Assembly: GCA_022841985.1 (NCBI GenBank) | Contig: JALHQL010000005.1 | Location: 4,267-68,266 of the forward strand | Reading direction: 5' to 3' | Origin: Minisyncoccota bacterium | GTDB taxonomy: Bacteria; Patescibacteriota; Minisyncoccia; Phycocordibacterales; Phycocordibacteraceae | Length of the DNA stretch: 64,000 nucleotides | In this document: piece after piece, positions 10,608-21,313 of the stretch | Layout of the letters: every line of letters begins with the position of its first letter | How positions within the stretch are numbered: position 1 is the first letter of the stretch | Notes under the pieces: generated by a model | The model's input: the letters and a program-made list of their open reading frames with translations, nothing else | Told to the model about the DNA's origin: nothing | Databases searched by the model: none | Made by a program: the position numbers and the translations under genes

Positions 10608-11441
10608 CTATCGCCACGCGAATATCATATAGGCGTGAGATGTCTCGTGGCCGACGACCTGATGTGGAGGTGCAGTTGGTTCGACGAACGTATGAAATCC
10701 ATTTTTCTCAAGCAGGGAGAGCATCTCTGAGAGTGGACGAGTAAAGAATCCAGGGATGTAATGGTATTCAAGTTGAATTTCGGCAACGGAACGTAATTTT
10801 TGGTGGGCAACCAGCTCCTCTAAAACATCGAATTCTGGCCCCTCAATGTCTATCTTGAGAAAATCTATATGGCTTGTGATGTAGTGCGAAAGAGTGTCGA
10901 CTTCTACGGTATACGAGTTGAGGGAGCGGCCTCTTTTCCCTAAATGGTTCGCAACACTCCCTCCGCTGCTTGTAGCAATTTTGTTCTCGACAAAAAACTC
11001 TGCAGTGCCTTTTTCTTTCCCAAGGGCATAAGGAAAGACTTGCACGTCATTTCCCCAATTATTTGCGGCGATATTTTTCTCGAGCACTGCTCGGGCGGCG
11101 GGATTTGGCTCGAAACATATCACCTGTGCATGCGGCGCACGAATTTTAATGTAGAGAAGAGATACACCGATATTCGCACCGCAATCAATTACCCGAATAG
11201 GGGTGTCAGTGAAGGGAATAACATATGTCTCTTTGAAGAAGATTTCGGAGAAGAGTCCATCAAAATATGCAATTGAGGGAAAACAAAATACGTATGGCCC
11301 CACGGGAATGTGTGCAAGAGTGTTCTCTTGAGGCGGGCTTATTTTGTTCCCTATATACGCGAATGTAAAAACACCTGCGGCCTTAAGGCCAATAAGCGCG
11401 CGGAGTTGCGAAAAATAGCCGATGAATCTTAGTAGTCTCAT
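10608..11441 (-). CDS. FkbM family methyltransferase
   Basis: IDCGANIG, FEPNP, LKIDIEGPE. Confidence 0.9.
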   Translation of the reverse strand: MRLLRFIGYFSQLRALIGLKAAGVFTFAYIGNKISPPQENTLAHIPVGPYVFCFPSIAYFDGLFSEIFFKETYVIPFTDTPIRVIDCGANIGVSLLYIKIRAPHAQVICFEPNPAARAVLEKNIAANNWGNDVQVFPYALGKEKGTAEFFVENKIATSSGGSVANHLGKRGRSLNSYTVEVDTLSHYITSHIDFLKIDIEGPEFDVLEELVAHQKLRSVAEIQLEYHYIPGFFTRPLSEMLSLLEKNGFHTFVEPTAPPHQVVGHETSHAYMIFAWR

Positions 11442-11902
11442 TTAGGTAGGGTTACAGGCAGTGTATTTTGTTCTCGGTGCTCTTTCTTTCCCCATACAAA
11501 AAGGTGGTAAAACGTGTAATTCCACGCGAACCCGATCATAACGCCAGCCAGATAAGCGCCGGTGATGAGAAGTTGACTGCTCGTCTGGCGTTCAGTTATG
11601 AATACAAACACATATTGAAGCAGAACAGAACCGCTTACCACCATATGGAAGCGTGCAAGGCGCGATACGTATGAGGCGTTGTGCTGACGATCATGAAATG
11701 AAAAGCGATTATTGAGATAAAAGTTTGTGAGAATTCCAATTTCCGCACCGATCAAAACCGCGGTGCTGGGAGGGACTATTTGCAGGTAGATGCCGAGGAT
11801 TTGAAACGCTGTCGTTTGTACCAAAAACCCAGTACTTCCGACGAGACAAATACGTAAGAATCGTGAACCCAAAAAGGCATGTATCCATGCTCGTGCAGTC
11901 AT
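11438..11902 (-). CDS. GtrA family membrane protein
   Basis: 154 aa, about 4 TM segments, NFYLNNRFSF and WNYTFYHLFVW motifs. Confidence 0.85.
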   Translation of the reverse strand: MTARAWIHAFLGSRFLRICLVGSTGFLVQTTAFQILGIYLQIVPPSTAVLIGAEIGILTNFYLNNRFSFHDRQHNASYVSRLARFHMVVSGSVLLQYVFVFITERQTSSQLLITGAYLAGVMIGFAWNYTFYHLFVWGKKEHREQNTLPVTLPK

Positions 11903-11965
11903 GTTTCTGTACTATAGCGTACTCATATCGTAGAATGAAAAGGATACCTCTCAAGTATAGTACGC

Positions 11966-12658
11966 ATGCGTTATAAAAAATTATCCATACTTATTCCCGC
12001 ATGGAATGAGGAGAAAACTATTTTAGAACTGTTGAAGCGGGTTATTGCCGCTGATATAGGCCCACTTGAGAAGGAAATATTCGTCATTGATAATAACTCC
12101 ACTGATGGAACGGCTAAAATCGCGGGTTCTGTACCTGGCGTCCGTGTACTACAAGAAACTCGTCCAGGGAAGGGAGCAGCACTTAAATGCGGTATCAGAG
12201 AGGCGAGTGGAGACTTAATTATTTTTCAGGACGCCGATTTAGAGTACGACCCTAATGATTATGCAACAGTATTGCAGCCAATACTCGATACAAAAACAGA
12301 GATAGTACTTGGGGTTCGGATAGAAGCGAGGCACAATCATCCTCTCATTTATTATTTCGGCTGGATGGGAAATGCTCTCATTACTCTGACGACCAATCTC
12401 TTATATTTGAATTCCGCCAAAGAATATGAAGGGTGCTATAAAGCGTTTACAGCGTCCCTCATACGGTCGGTCCAAATTAAAACGGACAATTTTGATTTTG
12501 ATAATGAGTTAGTGTGCAAACTGTTGAAGAAAGGACATCATACTATTGATGTGCCGATACATTACTATCCGCGAGGTTACGAAGAGGGCAAAAAAATAAA
12601 TTGGCGTCACGGGGTCTTGATCTTGTGGACCGTCATCAAATACCGTTTTGTTGATTAA
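11966..12658 (+). CDS. GT2 polyprenol-phosphate glycosyltransferase (DPM1-like)
   Basis: [29 protein letters not shown]. Confidence 0.9.
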   Translation: MRYKKLSILIPAWNEEKTILELLKRVIAADIGPLEKEIFVIDNNSTDGTAKIAGSVPGVRVLQETRPGKGAALKCGIREASGDLIIFQDADLEYDPNDYATVLQPILDTKTEIVLGVRIEARHNHPLIYYFGWMGNALITLTTNLLYLNSAKEYEGCYKAFTASLIRSVQIKTDNFDFDNELVCKLLKKGHHTIDVPIHYYPRGYEEGKKINWRHGVLILWTVIKYRFVD

Positions 12659-12707
12659 TTGATAATGCGCACCTCTTTCCCAAGTTAGGATAATCGAAGG
12701 CAGATAC

Positions 12708-14126
12708 CTACGGATGTATGCGCGAGTATCTGTTTTTCAGTATGTGCCACAATATCGATGCGCCCTGTACCGCCAATAAGAGCATAAAAGGAGCTGCTGG
12801 AATGCGGTAGCGATGTTCGGTCACAGGCCCTGTTAAGAATGCGAAGTACAATATGAACAGTGAAGAAAAACAGACAAACCAAAGCGATGAAGATCGCCTT
12901 ACGAGTGCATGGGTCAGTGCAAAGAGCCATAGAGAAGTAATAAGTATCCATGGGATAGACCCGGCAAGGAGCATCCATAAGTTCGGACTTGGCGAAGTGA
13001 AAGAATGTATGATGCCAGCGATATCTTTGCGAAGTAACATGTCGCTAAAATTAGTTTGGTCAGGCGGAATCGGTATAATGCCGGTTATTCGATTCATATC
13101 GCGTACACCATCGGTCACGAAGAAAGGGAGGGTTTTTATTATGTGGAACTTAAGATATGCGAGATAGTTTCCTTGCAGGCTGTCATGCATCAGTTTTTCA
13201 AATACAGGCTTATTCGCGAGTGATTGAACGGGGCCTGTGGTAGAAGCGAATGGGGCGTAATAGATTTTGAATGCCTCTGCGAGAGGAATCTGCTGGTTGT
13301 GGGCGTAGAAAAGCGGAAGATTATACAGTGTAAAATTTACATAGGGTGTAACAGAAAGATCAAATACTCCGTACAGAGAATGATTGCGGAGCGACCAAGG
13401 GCCTATAACTAATAAGATGCCGATTACGAAGACACCAATTTTTGCAATGCTTTCAGAAAATGGCCGCAATTTATCTGAGTAGAGCACACCATAGGCAAGA
13501 ATAAGTAATGGGGGTAAGTAGAGTGCGATGGTTCTCATCAGTATTGCAAACCCAAGCAATGCTCCGCAGAGAAATAAAACATAAAGGTCTTTTTTGAAAC
13601 TTTCTCGCTTATGAAAAAAAAGATAGATTGAGAGGAGTAGTATAAAGACGAATATCGTATCGGACATTACGAAGGTCGAAAAGAAAACAGACGTTGGCTC
13701 AATACACAGAAGAATAGCAGCGACCGTAGCAATTTTTTCAGATAAGAATTTTTTTCCGAGGAGGTAGGTGAGTACGACAGTGCCACTTCCGAGCATCATT
13801 TGGAGAAATATGATGAGGACGATAGGAAACCCGAGAAGCTGGAAAAAATACAAAAAGAACGGATACCCTGGTAGACGGAAACTCTCCGGGACAAAAGGTG
13901 GTGAAGGGGAAAGAGAATACCCGTTACCCTGCAAGAGGTTCTGTGACAGAATGTGGTAACTTAAAGAATCTCCTTCATTTACGGGATAGTTCGAAGCGCT
14001 TTGAGGGAGGTGTCCCAGGACGACAAACCATTGCCAAAGGAGGAGAAAGACAATCGTTTGTACGCAGAAGGCTACGATAAAAAGAAGTATCTCTTTTTTG
14101 TATTGCGTATACCACTCTCTATTCAT
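12708..14126 (-). CDS. GT-C membrane glycosyltransferase (ArnT/PMT-like)
   Basis: Multi-TM, DSLSY loop, RLPGYP, MSDTIF, PWSLRN, RYRIP. Confidence 0.8.
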   Translation of the reverse strand: MNREWYTQYKKEILLFIVAFCVQTIVFLLLWQWFVVLGHLPQSASNYPVNEGDSLSYHILSQNLLQGNGYSLSPSPPFVPESFRLPGYPFFLYFFQLLGFPIVLIIFLQMMLGSGTVVLTYLLGKKFLSEKIATVAAILLCIEPTSVFFSTFVMSDTIFVFILLLSIYLFFHKRESFKKDLYVLFLCGALLGFAILMRTIALYLPPLLILAYGVLYSDKLRPFSESIAKIGVFVIGILLVIGPWSLRNHSLYGVFDLSVTPYVNFTLYNLPLFYAHNQQIPLAEAFKIYYAPFASTTGPVQSLANKPVFEKLMHDSLQGNYLAYLKFHIIKTLPFFVTDGVRDMNRITGIIPIPPDQTNFSDMLLRKDIAGIIHSFTSPSPNLWMLLAGSIPWILITSLWLFALTHALVRRSSSLWFVCFSSLFILYFAFLTGPVTEHRYRIPAAPFMLLLAVQGASILWHILKNRYSRIHP

Positions 14127-14188
14127 ACAGACAAGTATACTACCTACAGGAGTGTCACTTCCGCGCCATGTATGGGATTATAGAGAAT

Positions 14189-15337
14189 ATGAAGCTGTAT
14201 TATGTTGCCAATGCTCGTATGCCGACCGAAAAAGCGCATGGCATCCAAATAGCCAAAATGTGCGAGGCTTTTATCGAGACCGGAATCGAGGTCACACTTA
14301 TTGCGCCACATCGCGCGACCGATTCGCGTTCACTTCGTGAATACTACGGACTCCGCGTTGATGTTCCGCTCGTATGTCTGCCAGCGCTTGATTGGTATAC
14401 GGGTGGGCGTATTGGCTACCGGGTAGCTTCGGTATCTTTCATGGTTTCGTATGTATTTTTTCTATGGAACCAGAAAAGAAAAGGTGAACAGTTTGTTCTC
14501 TATACTGTTGATTTAGACAACTACTCGTCCACAGCGCTCGCATTTCTTGGCGCGCCCCTCTATTCAGAAATGCACGGCGGTAAGCCAAAGACGATTGCAC
14601 AGCGGGTACTTTTTAATAAGGTGAAAGGCATTATTGCAATCAATAAGATTATCGTTAAGGAATTGCAAGATACATTTCCGAAATCCTCAACGCGTTATCT
14701 TGTTGAGCCGAATGGTGTCGATGTATCAAAATTTTCTCAGATAGAAAAACACGAAGCGCGAGCGAAGCTCGGGCTTCCACTCGGCGTGCCGATTGTTCTT
14801 TATCTCGGAAGATTCTTCGAATGGAAAGGGTTGGAGATTTTACCTGCAGCGGCAATACGGACCTCGTCTGTTCATTGGCAACTTGTCGGTGGCGACGAGA
14901 AAGATTTTACTCATATTGTAAAGATGGCGTTACCTGATAATATGTTTTTCGCTGGTAGTCGTCCGCACAACGAAGTGCCGGTATGGTTTGCGGCAGCGGA
15001 TGCACTTTTGGTACTAGGAACAGTTCGCGACATACAATCGTATCGCTATACTTCGCCTATGAAACTTTTTGAATACTTAGCTTCCGGCAATCCAATTATT
15101 GCAAGTAATACTCCTGCTATTCGCGAGATTGTTTCAGAAAGTGAAGTATCATTTTACGAGCCAGATGATGCGGAAAATCTTGCGCGTGTGCTAGAGTCAG
15201 TGCTTACCCAGGGTTCGGAAATTGCCTTGAAGAATGAGGCCGCACAGCGTTTGGCAAAAAAGTTTTCGTGGAGTGCTCGTGCCGCGCGTATCGGGCAATT
15301 CATAGAAGGGAATACTACCGTACACACCCATGTCTAA
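14189..15337 (+). CDS. Glycosyltransferase family 4
   Basis: YLGRFFEWKG, SPMKLFEYLASGNPII. Confidence 0.9.
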   Translation: MKLYYVANARMPTEKAHGIQIAKMCEAFIETGIEVTLIAPHRATDSRSLREYYGLRVDVPLVCLPALDWYTGGRIGYRVASVSFMVSYVFFLWNQKRKGEQFVLYTVDLDNYSSTALAFLGAPLYSEMHGGKPKTIAQRVLFNKVKGIIAINKIIVKELQDTFPKSSTRYLVEPNGVDVSKFSQIEKHEARAKLGLPLGVPIVLYLGRFFEWKGLEILPAAAIRTSSVHWQLVGGDEKDFTHIVKMALPDNMFFAGSRPHNEVPVWFAAADALLVLGTVRDIQSYRYTSPMKLFEYLASGNPIIASNTPAIREIVSESEVSFYEPDDAENLARVLESVLTQGSEIALKNEAAQRLAKKFSWSARAARIGQFIEGNTTVHTHV

Positions 15338-16208
15338 TTTAGACTTACTTTCTTACCGTAGTATTGTCATGTCTGAACATGGGGAAGATGGTGTTCTTAA
15401 AAAAATATTTGAAATCATCGGCGAAGGTTCTAAATGGTGTGTAGACCTTGGAGCCCTAAATGGTGTGCATGGCAGCAATGTGTGGCATCTAATAAAAGAA
15501 CGAGGATGGTCTGGAGTGTTGATTGAGGCCGATCAGACCTATTTTGAAAAATTAAAGCAGGAATATGCAGGTCTTGAGCGTGTTCACTGCGTAAATACTT
15601 TTGTTTCTTTTGAAGGGACGCAATCTCTCGATACCATTTTTGTTCAAACACCCCTGCCGCAGGTGTTTGATCTTTTTTCTTTGGATATTGATGGGAACGA
15701 ATATCATCTTTGGGAATCGCTCTCTGAGTATCGTCCGCGAGTTATGGTGGTTGAATTCAATCCCACCATCCCAAATGACATACTATTTATTCAACCACGG
15801 GACATGAAGGTCTTTCAGGGTTCATCGCTGCGCGCCTTAGTAGAGCTAGGAAAACGAAAAGGGTATGAATTAGTCGCTGCGAACGAAGTGAATGCTTTTT
15901 TTGTACTAAAAGAATTATTTCCGAAGTTCGGGATAAAGGATAATTCCATTGAGGCACTACATACCAACCATGAGTATGAGACGAGACTCTTTCAGCTCTA
16001 TGACGGTACTCTGCGTATTTCGGGCTACAATCGTTTGCTATGGCACAACCTTCCTCTTGATGTTGAAAAGCTCCAGGTTTTACCCAAGTGGTCCCGCTAC
16101 TACCCAGCTCGGATTCATGAGAATGGTAGCTTTCGAGCATTAAAATACTGGGTCAGGAAATTTCCGGTGTACCAGTTACTTCAACAAGTGCGCTCGTTAC
16201 TGAAGTAA
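15330..16208 (+). CDS. FkbM-like methyltransferase
   Basis: SEHGEDG, VDLGALNG, SLDIDGNEY, VVEFNP. Confidence 0.75.
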   Translation: MSNLDLLSYRSIVMSEHGEDGVLKKIFEIIGEGSKWCVDLGALNGVHGSNVWHLIKERGWSGVLIEADQTYFEKLKQEYAGLERVHCVNTFVSFEGTQSLDTIFVQTPLPQVFDLFSLDIDGNEYHLWESLSEYRPRVMVVEFNPTIPNDILFIQPRDMKVFQGSSLRALVELGKRKGYELVAANEVNAFFVLKELFPKFGIKDNSIEALHTNHEYETRLFQLYDGTLRISGYNRLLWHNLPLDVEKLQVLPKWSRYYPARIHENGSFRALKYWVRKFPVYQLLQQVRSLLK

Positions 16209-16227
16209 CCTGCTACGATACCTGCAT

Positions 16228-16920
16228 ATGAAATTTCTTTCCTCACTACGAACAAAGATCGGTGTCGCTATTGTTAACATAGTCCGTGCACGGCATGGCG
16301 TTGTTATTTTCTTTCAAGATGAAGCACGACGTCGCGATCTCGATACGATTCGTCGGGTGAGTCGCGAGACGAAAATGCTCATATCAGATCATGAGGCGTA
16401 TCAACTGATGATGGCAGTTCGGCGCACAAAAAAAATACCGGGTGATATTGCCGAGGTCGGCACGTATCGTGGAGGTTCTTCAAAACTTATTGCGATTGCG
16501 CGCGGTGACGACAGTCCTAAACACATGTATCTTTTCGATACATTTGAAGGCCTGCCTCCTCTCACTGATATAGATCGTTCGCATTTTACCGACGAACAGT
16601 ATCCTGCCGACATCGTCGAAGTAAAAACCTATTTATCATTGTATCCCAAAGTGTCTCTGCATAAAGGTGTGTTTCCAAGGAGTGCCGGTCCGGTACAATC
16701 AAAACGTTTTTCCTTCGTCCATCTCGATGTGGATTTATATGAAGCTACTCGTGACTCGATTGAGTTTTTCTATCCGCGTATGGAAAAGGGCGCGGTACTC
16801 ATTTCACATGATTATTCAACCGCTCCTGGTGTTCGCAAAGCTATTGACGAATTTATGGCCAATAAACCCGAAGCCGTTTTTGAGTCATCGTGGCGTCAGT
16901 GTTTTATCGTAAAAGGGTAA
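16228..16920 (+). CDS. TylF/MycF (macrocin O-methyltransferase) family protein
   Basis: GDIAEVGTYRGGS, FDTFEGLP, VHLDVDLYE, HDY. Confidence 0.88.
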   Translation: MKFLSSLRTKIGVAIVNIVRARHGVVIFFQDEARRRDLDTIRRVSRETKMLISDHEAYQLMMAVRRTKKIPGDIAEVGTYRGGSSKLIAIARGDDSPKHMYLFDTFEGLPPLTDIDRSHFTDEQYPADIVEVKTYLSLYPKVSLHKGVFPRSAGPVQSKRFSFVHLDVDLYEATRDSIEFFYPRMEKGAVLISHDYSTAPGVRKAIDEFMANKPEAVFESSWRQCFIVKG

Positions 16921-16923
16921 ATA

Positions 16924-17934
16924 ATGAAAATACACAAAGCTCTTACTTTCCGTGCCTCGTCTATCGGCGATTGTTTAATGGGGAAGTACCTATTGGAAAA
17001 TATACATATGCAATTTCCTGATGCTCGCCTTGGTATTGTCGTCGCAAGTCGTGCGGAAATGATTCGCGACTTATTCAGAGCATATCCATGGCTTGAAATT
17101 ATAGAGGCAAATCGGCGAAGTCCGAGAACTCTCTTTTGGCTTTGGAGACATTTTCGCAATAGTGACCTAATCGTCACACAATATGCAGGAAAGCCTGGAG
17201 GGAGTTTTTCCCTATGGAGCAAGCTCGCCGCACGAGTGCTAGCGAAACGAGGCGGTCTCACTGGCTTTGCCGATGTTTCAATATGGAATACCGTACTCTA
17301 CGACCAAATAGTTCCTATCCAATCTGACGTCGCCATCATTGAACATGAGCGCGCGGCATTGCGCGCGGTAGGAATTCTTGTGCCACTGCGGTTTCCCACG
17401 CTTTCGTTTGTGCGTGATGATGCTGTGCTCGCGCGCTTTAAGCTTCAGGCGGGGAAGTATATCGTAGCTCATCTTTTTTCAGGGAGTGCGGGGCGAGGTC
17501 TACATCCGGATAAAAAACGCGAGTTGCTTGCCTTACTTGCTGAAAAACTTCCAGATACATCACTTGTGATAAGTGGTGGGCAAGCCAATAAAGTAGAAGC
17601 GTTACGCATGACAGAACATCTCACTACCACCATTGTTGCAGGCGATACTACACTTCAAGAACTTATGAATATCATTGCGCATAGTCGTGGCGTCATGAGT
17701 CTTGATACAGGAGTGGCCCATATTGCAGCGCAACTTCATAGACCGCTTATCGTCATGCGTACCTGTATCGGAGCACATTGGTGGCTTCCAGGGCAGTATG
17801 GGGAACATGCTCCTGTCTCCGTCTTTTCTTCCGACGCTCTCTGTACCGGTGTAGGACATGTGTATAAAAACTACCCCGACTGTATGAATGCCATCAATAT
17901 GCAGGAAGTATCTCAGCAAGTTTCATTACTATGA
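16924..17934 (+). CDS. Glycosyltransferase family 9 (heptosyltransferase-like)
   Basis: SSIGDCLM N-terminal motif and SLDTGVAHIAA. Confidence 0.82.
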   Translation: MKIHKALTFRASSIGDCLMGKYLLENIHMQFPDARLGIVVASRAEMIRDLFRAYPWLEIIEANRRSPRTLFWLWRHFRNSDLIVTQYAGKPGGSFSLWSKLAARVLAKRGGLTGFADVSIWNTVLYDQIVPIQSDVAIIEHERAALRAVGILVPLRFPTLSFVRDDAVLARFKLQAGKYIVAHLFSGSAGRGLHPDKKRELLALLAEKLPDTSLVISGGQANKVEALRMTEHLTTTIVAGDTTLQELMNIIAHSRGVMSLDTGVAHIAAQLHRPLIVMRTCIGAHWWLPGQYGEHAPVSVFSSDALCTGVGHVYKNYPDCMNAINMQEVSQQVSLL

Positions 17935-19004
17935 CCGTTCACTTTTTTACCTTTAGTGATGCGAAGGGAGGATCATCACGGCAACGGGCGTTTCGTGTAG
18001 CGGAAGAACTGCGTGTACGTGGAATTATGACGGAGATACATTGGCCACCAGTCCTTCTTATGTCGAGAACGCCATGGCCAAAGAAATTCTTACTACTCAT
18101 TGCGACAATTCGTTCTCTCTTTTCAATCAAGAAAGAAGATGTTGTCTATTTGCAGAGGACCATCTCAAATAAATATTTCTTTGTCATCATGGCCGCATAT
18201 CTTTATGTGTTTCGGCGGAAAATGATTTTTGATTTTGACGATCCGGTTTACGTGCATAGTTTTTTCAAAACAAAAACGTTTACACGTATGGCCAATACGG
18301 TCATCGTGTCTACTCACGGACAAGCGGAGTGGGCAAGAAAATTTAACCCAAACATTCACATTGCTCATATTTCAGTAGATTTTCCCGCTTTCAAAAAATT
18401 CACCAAAGACTACGGAAAAATACAGAACCCACTCGTTATTGGTTGGGTAGGAACGGGACCTGAACATATTTATAATTTAGAAATCCTCGCGTCTGTTTTT
18501 AGAAAGCTCGCTACAAGAACAACGATTCCTTTCAAATTTGTGCTCATTGGAGCACTCAAGAACAAACAAGTGTATGAGCTATTTCAGCAAATCCCTGCTC
18601 TCAAAGTTGAGTTTATCGATACGTTGGATTGGACGAATCCAGAGAGTGTTCCGCGAGAGATTCAGAAGTTTGATATCGGAGTCTTACCACATCGAAGTGA
18701 TGGTGAGTGGAACAAGAGCAAGACGTCTCTTAAGAATCTCGAATATATGGCATGTGGTGTCCCCGTCATCTGCAGTTCATTTGGCGAGATGCCCTATGTT
18801 ATTCAGGACGGTGTAAATGGCTACCTTGCGAGCACTGAAGAAGAGTGGGTAGAAAAGCTCAGTAAACTTCTTTCTGACAAAGAATTGCGCATGACGCTTG
18901 GACGCGCTGGGCAAGAACAGGTGCGAACAGAGTATTGTTACGATGCTCTTATTCCGAAATATGAGAAGATCATCGCGTCTTTGGCTCCTTCGGAGCCTCG
19001 TTGA
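17931..19004 (+). CDS. Glycosyltransferase family 4
   Basis: IGWVGT, KTSLKNLEYMACGVPVICS. Confidence 0.88.
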   Translation: MTVHFFTFSDAKGGSSRQRAFRVAEELRVRGIMTEIHWPPVLLMSRTPWPKKFLLLIATIRSLFSIKKEDVVYLQRTISNKYFFVIMAAYLYVFRRKMIFDFDDPVYVHSFFKTKTFTRMANTVIVSTHGQAEWARKFNPNIHIAHISVDFPAFKKFTKDYGKIQNPLVIGWVGTGPEHIYNLEILASVFRKLATRTTIPFKFVLIGALKNKQVYELFQQIPALKVEFIDTLDWTNPESVPREIQKFDIGVLPHRSDGEWNKSKTSLKNLEYMACGVPVICSSFGEMPYVIQDGVNGYLASTEEEWVEKLSKLLSDKELRMTLGRAGQEQVRTEYCYDALIPKYEKIIASLAPSEPR

Positions 19005-19035
19005 TTAAAGGGTCTTGGTAGAGTAGCCTAGGGGC

Positions 19036-20058
19036 ATGAAAAGCTTCGGAGACGTGACTATTTTGATATTTGGCGGAGCTGGGTTTATAGGCTCTAATTT
19101 CATACGGAAGGTAATATTCTTGTCGCCAAATACTAAGGTCGTTTGCGTCGATGTTCTCACGTATGCGGGTAATAAAGAGAATCTGGAAGGGCTCCCGAAA
19201 GAGCGTTTTATTTTTGTAAAAGGGGACATTGCCGACCGTGCGCACATGCAGAAGCTATTTAAGAAATACTCTCCAGCATATGTAATCAATTTTGCAGCAG
19301 AGTCACACGTCGACCGGAGTATTCATGGAGGAGTTGAAGCATTCATTCGTACGAATGTGCTCGGTGTTACTGTGTTGCTCGAGGTGCTCAGGCATACTCC
19401 CTCTATTAAGAAGTTCGTACAAGTGAGTACTGATGAGGTGTACGGCTCCCTTCATCTCGCTTCGAAGAAGAAATTCACTGAGCAGTCGCCGCTTGCTCCA
19501 AATTCTCCTTATGCTGCCTCAAAGACCTCATCTGATCTTATTGCACGCGCGTATCATATGACGTATGGATTGCCGATAGTGATCACTCGTTGTTCAAATA
19601 ATTACGGTCCCTATCAGTATCCGGAAAAACTTATTCCATACTCGATTATCCGACTGATGGAAGGGAAGCCGATAGCGATATATGGCGATGGGCGCTATGT
19701 GCGTGATTGGATCCATGTCGAAGATCATTGCACAGCTCTCATTCTCGCTCTCTTGAGGGGTGTACCAGGCGAGATATATAACATTGGTGCAGGTGAGGAA
19801 GTAGATAATCTCACGCTCGCAGAGCGCATGCTTAGATTCTTTAAGAAAAGTAAGTCAGAGATTGTATTCGTGAAGGACAGACCGGGCCACGACCGTCGTT
19901 ATGCGATCGATTCTTCCAAGATACAGAAAGAGTTGGGGTGGAGGCCGAAACACACCTTCCATTCGTCGTTCGAGCCGACCATCGCGTGGTACGTACAGAA
20001 TGCGGCATGGGTGCGTCGCTCTCTTGCTCGGGCGGGTACCGCTAACATCCATATATGA
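19036..20058 (+). CDS. rfbB: dTDP-glucose 4,6-dehydratase
   Basis: GGAGFIGSNF, LTYAGN, AAESHVDRS, STDEVYG, NNYGPYQYPEKLIP, DRPGHDRRYA. Confidence 0.95.
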   Translation: MKSFGDVTILIFGGAGFIGSNFIRKVIFLSPNTKVVCVDVLTYAGNKENLEGLPKERFIFVKGDIADRAHMQKLFKKYSPAYVINFAAESHVDRSIHGGVEAFIRTNVLGVTVLLEVLRHTPSIKKFVQVSTDEVYGSLHLASKKKFTEQSPLAPNSPYAASKTSSDLIARAYHMTYGLPIVITRCSNNYGPYQYPEKLIPYSIIRLMEGKPIAIYGDGRYVRDWIHVEDHCTALILALLRGVPGEIYNIGAGEEVDNLTLAERMLRFFKKSKSEIVFVKDRPGHDRRYAIDSSKIQKELGWRPKHTFHSSFEPTIAWYVQNAAWVRRSLARAGTANIHI

Positions 20059-20771
20059 AAGGAGTCATTCTTGCCGGTGGCTTAGGTACGAGGCTTTATC
20101 CGCTTACCAAGATAACAAATAAGCATCTCTTGCCGGTGTATGACAAGCCGATGATTCTGTACCCGCTCAAGACATTGAAAGACTCGGGAATCACGGAGAT
20201 TATGATTGTCTGCGGTCGCGAGCATGCAGGGCACTTCAAGCAGTTCCTCGGATCGGGGAAGGAATACGGCGTAAAGCTCTCCTATGCGCTCCAGGATACG
20301 AATAACGGCGGCATCGCGGATGCTCTCTCATACGCAGAAGATTTTGCGGATGAAGACGCGATTGCAGTCATTCTCGGCGATAATATTTTCGAGCATGATT
20401 TCAAAGAAGCGGTACAGGAGTTTAAAAGTGGTTCTGTCGCTTTTTTAAAAAAAGTAAAGGACCCGAGACGCTTTGGCGTCCCGGTATTCTCAAAAGATGG
20501 TAAAAAAATACTGCGCGTTGAAGAGAAACCGAAAAGGCCGAAATCACCATATGCCCAAACAGGGTTCTGGCTTTTTGATGCAAGCATTTTCCCGATCATA
20601 AAAACTATCAAGCCTTCAGTGCGTGGCGAACTTGAGATGACCGACGTGATAAATCAATATGTGCAGAAAGGAACTTTGGCTTTCGATTTTGTAAAAAAGG
20701 AATGGCTCGATGCAGGTACTCTTGAATCTTTGCACAAAGCTGCAGCATTTGTACGGAGCAAGAAGTTATAA
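20055..20771 (+). CDS. rfbA: Glucose-1-phosphate thymidylyltransferase (short form)
   Basis: GVILAGGLGTRLYPLT, NKHLLPVYDKPMI, RGELE, WLDAGT. Confidence 0.92.
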   Translation: MKGVILAGGLGTRLYPLTKITNKHLLPVYDKPMILYPLKTLKDSGITEIMIVCGREHAGHFKQFLGSGKEYGVKLSYALQDTNNGGIADALSYAEDFADEDAIAVILGDNIFEHDFKEAVQEFKSGSVAFLKKVKDPRRFGVPVFSKDGKKILRVEEKPKRPKSPYAQTGFWLFDASIFPIIKTIKPSVRGELEMTDVINQYVQKGTLAFDFVKKEWLDAGTLESLHKAAAFVRSKKL

Positions 20772-20776
20772 CACAT

Positions 20777-21313
20777 ATGGCGAAATCTTTATTTGAAATC
20801 CAAGAACTCGATTTGCCAGGCGTATTGCTCATACAGCCAAAGAAATGGGACGATGAACGCGGTTTTTTTATGGAGACATTTCACCAGGAGGCTTTGGTAG
20901 AGGCAGGCGTTATCCACCCCTTCGTACAGGACAATCTCTCTTTCTCAAAGAAGAACGTATTGCGAGGCCTCCATTTCCAAAAAACGCCACATGCACAAGC
21001 GAAGCTTGTGCGATGTGTGTTCGGAGAGGTATTTGATGTTGCTGTTGATCATAATCCAGCCTCAGAGACGTTTGGGAAATCTGTTGCGGTAACTCTTTCC
21101 GGAGAGAAGCAGAACATGCTCTACATTCCCGCCACATATGCCCATGGCTTCTGTGTGCTCTCAAACGAAGCTATTGTTGAATACAAGGTAAGTGACTATT
21201 ATCACCCTGAATTGGCAGGTGGTATACGGCATGATGATACACGATGTAATGTTGCATGGCCAGTGCAAAATCCTATTCTTTCAGAACAAGATAAAAAGTG
21301 GCCGATCCTATGA
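20777..21313 (+). CDS. rfbC: dTDP-4-dehydrorhamnose 3,5-epimerase
   Basis: DERGFF, QDNLS, LRGLHFQ, AHGF. Confidence 0.95.
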   Translation: MAKSLFEIQELDLPGVLLIQPKKWDDERGFFMETFHQEALVEAGVIHPFVQDNLSFSKKNVLRGLHFQKTPHAQAKLVRCVFGEVFDVAVDHNPASETFGKSVAVTLSGEKQNMLYIPATYAHGFCVLSNEAIVEYKVSDYYHPELAGGIRHDDTRCNVAWPVQNPILSEQDKKWPIL

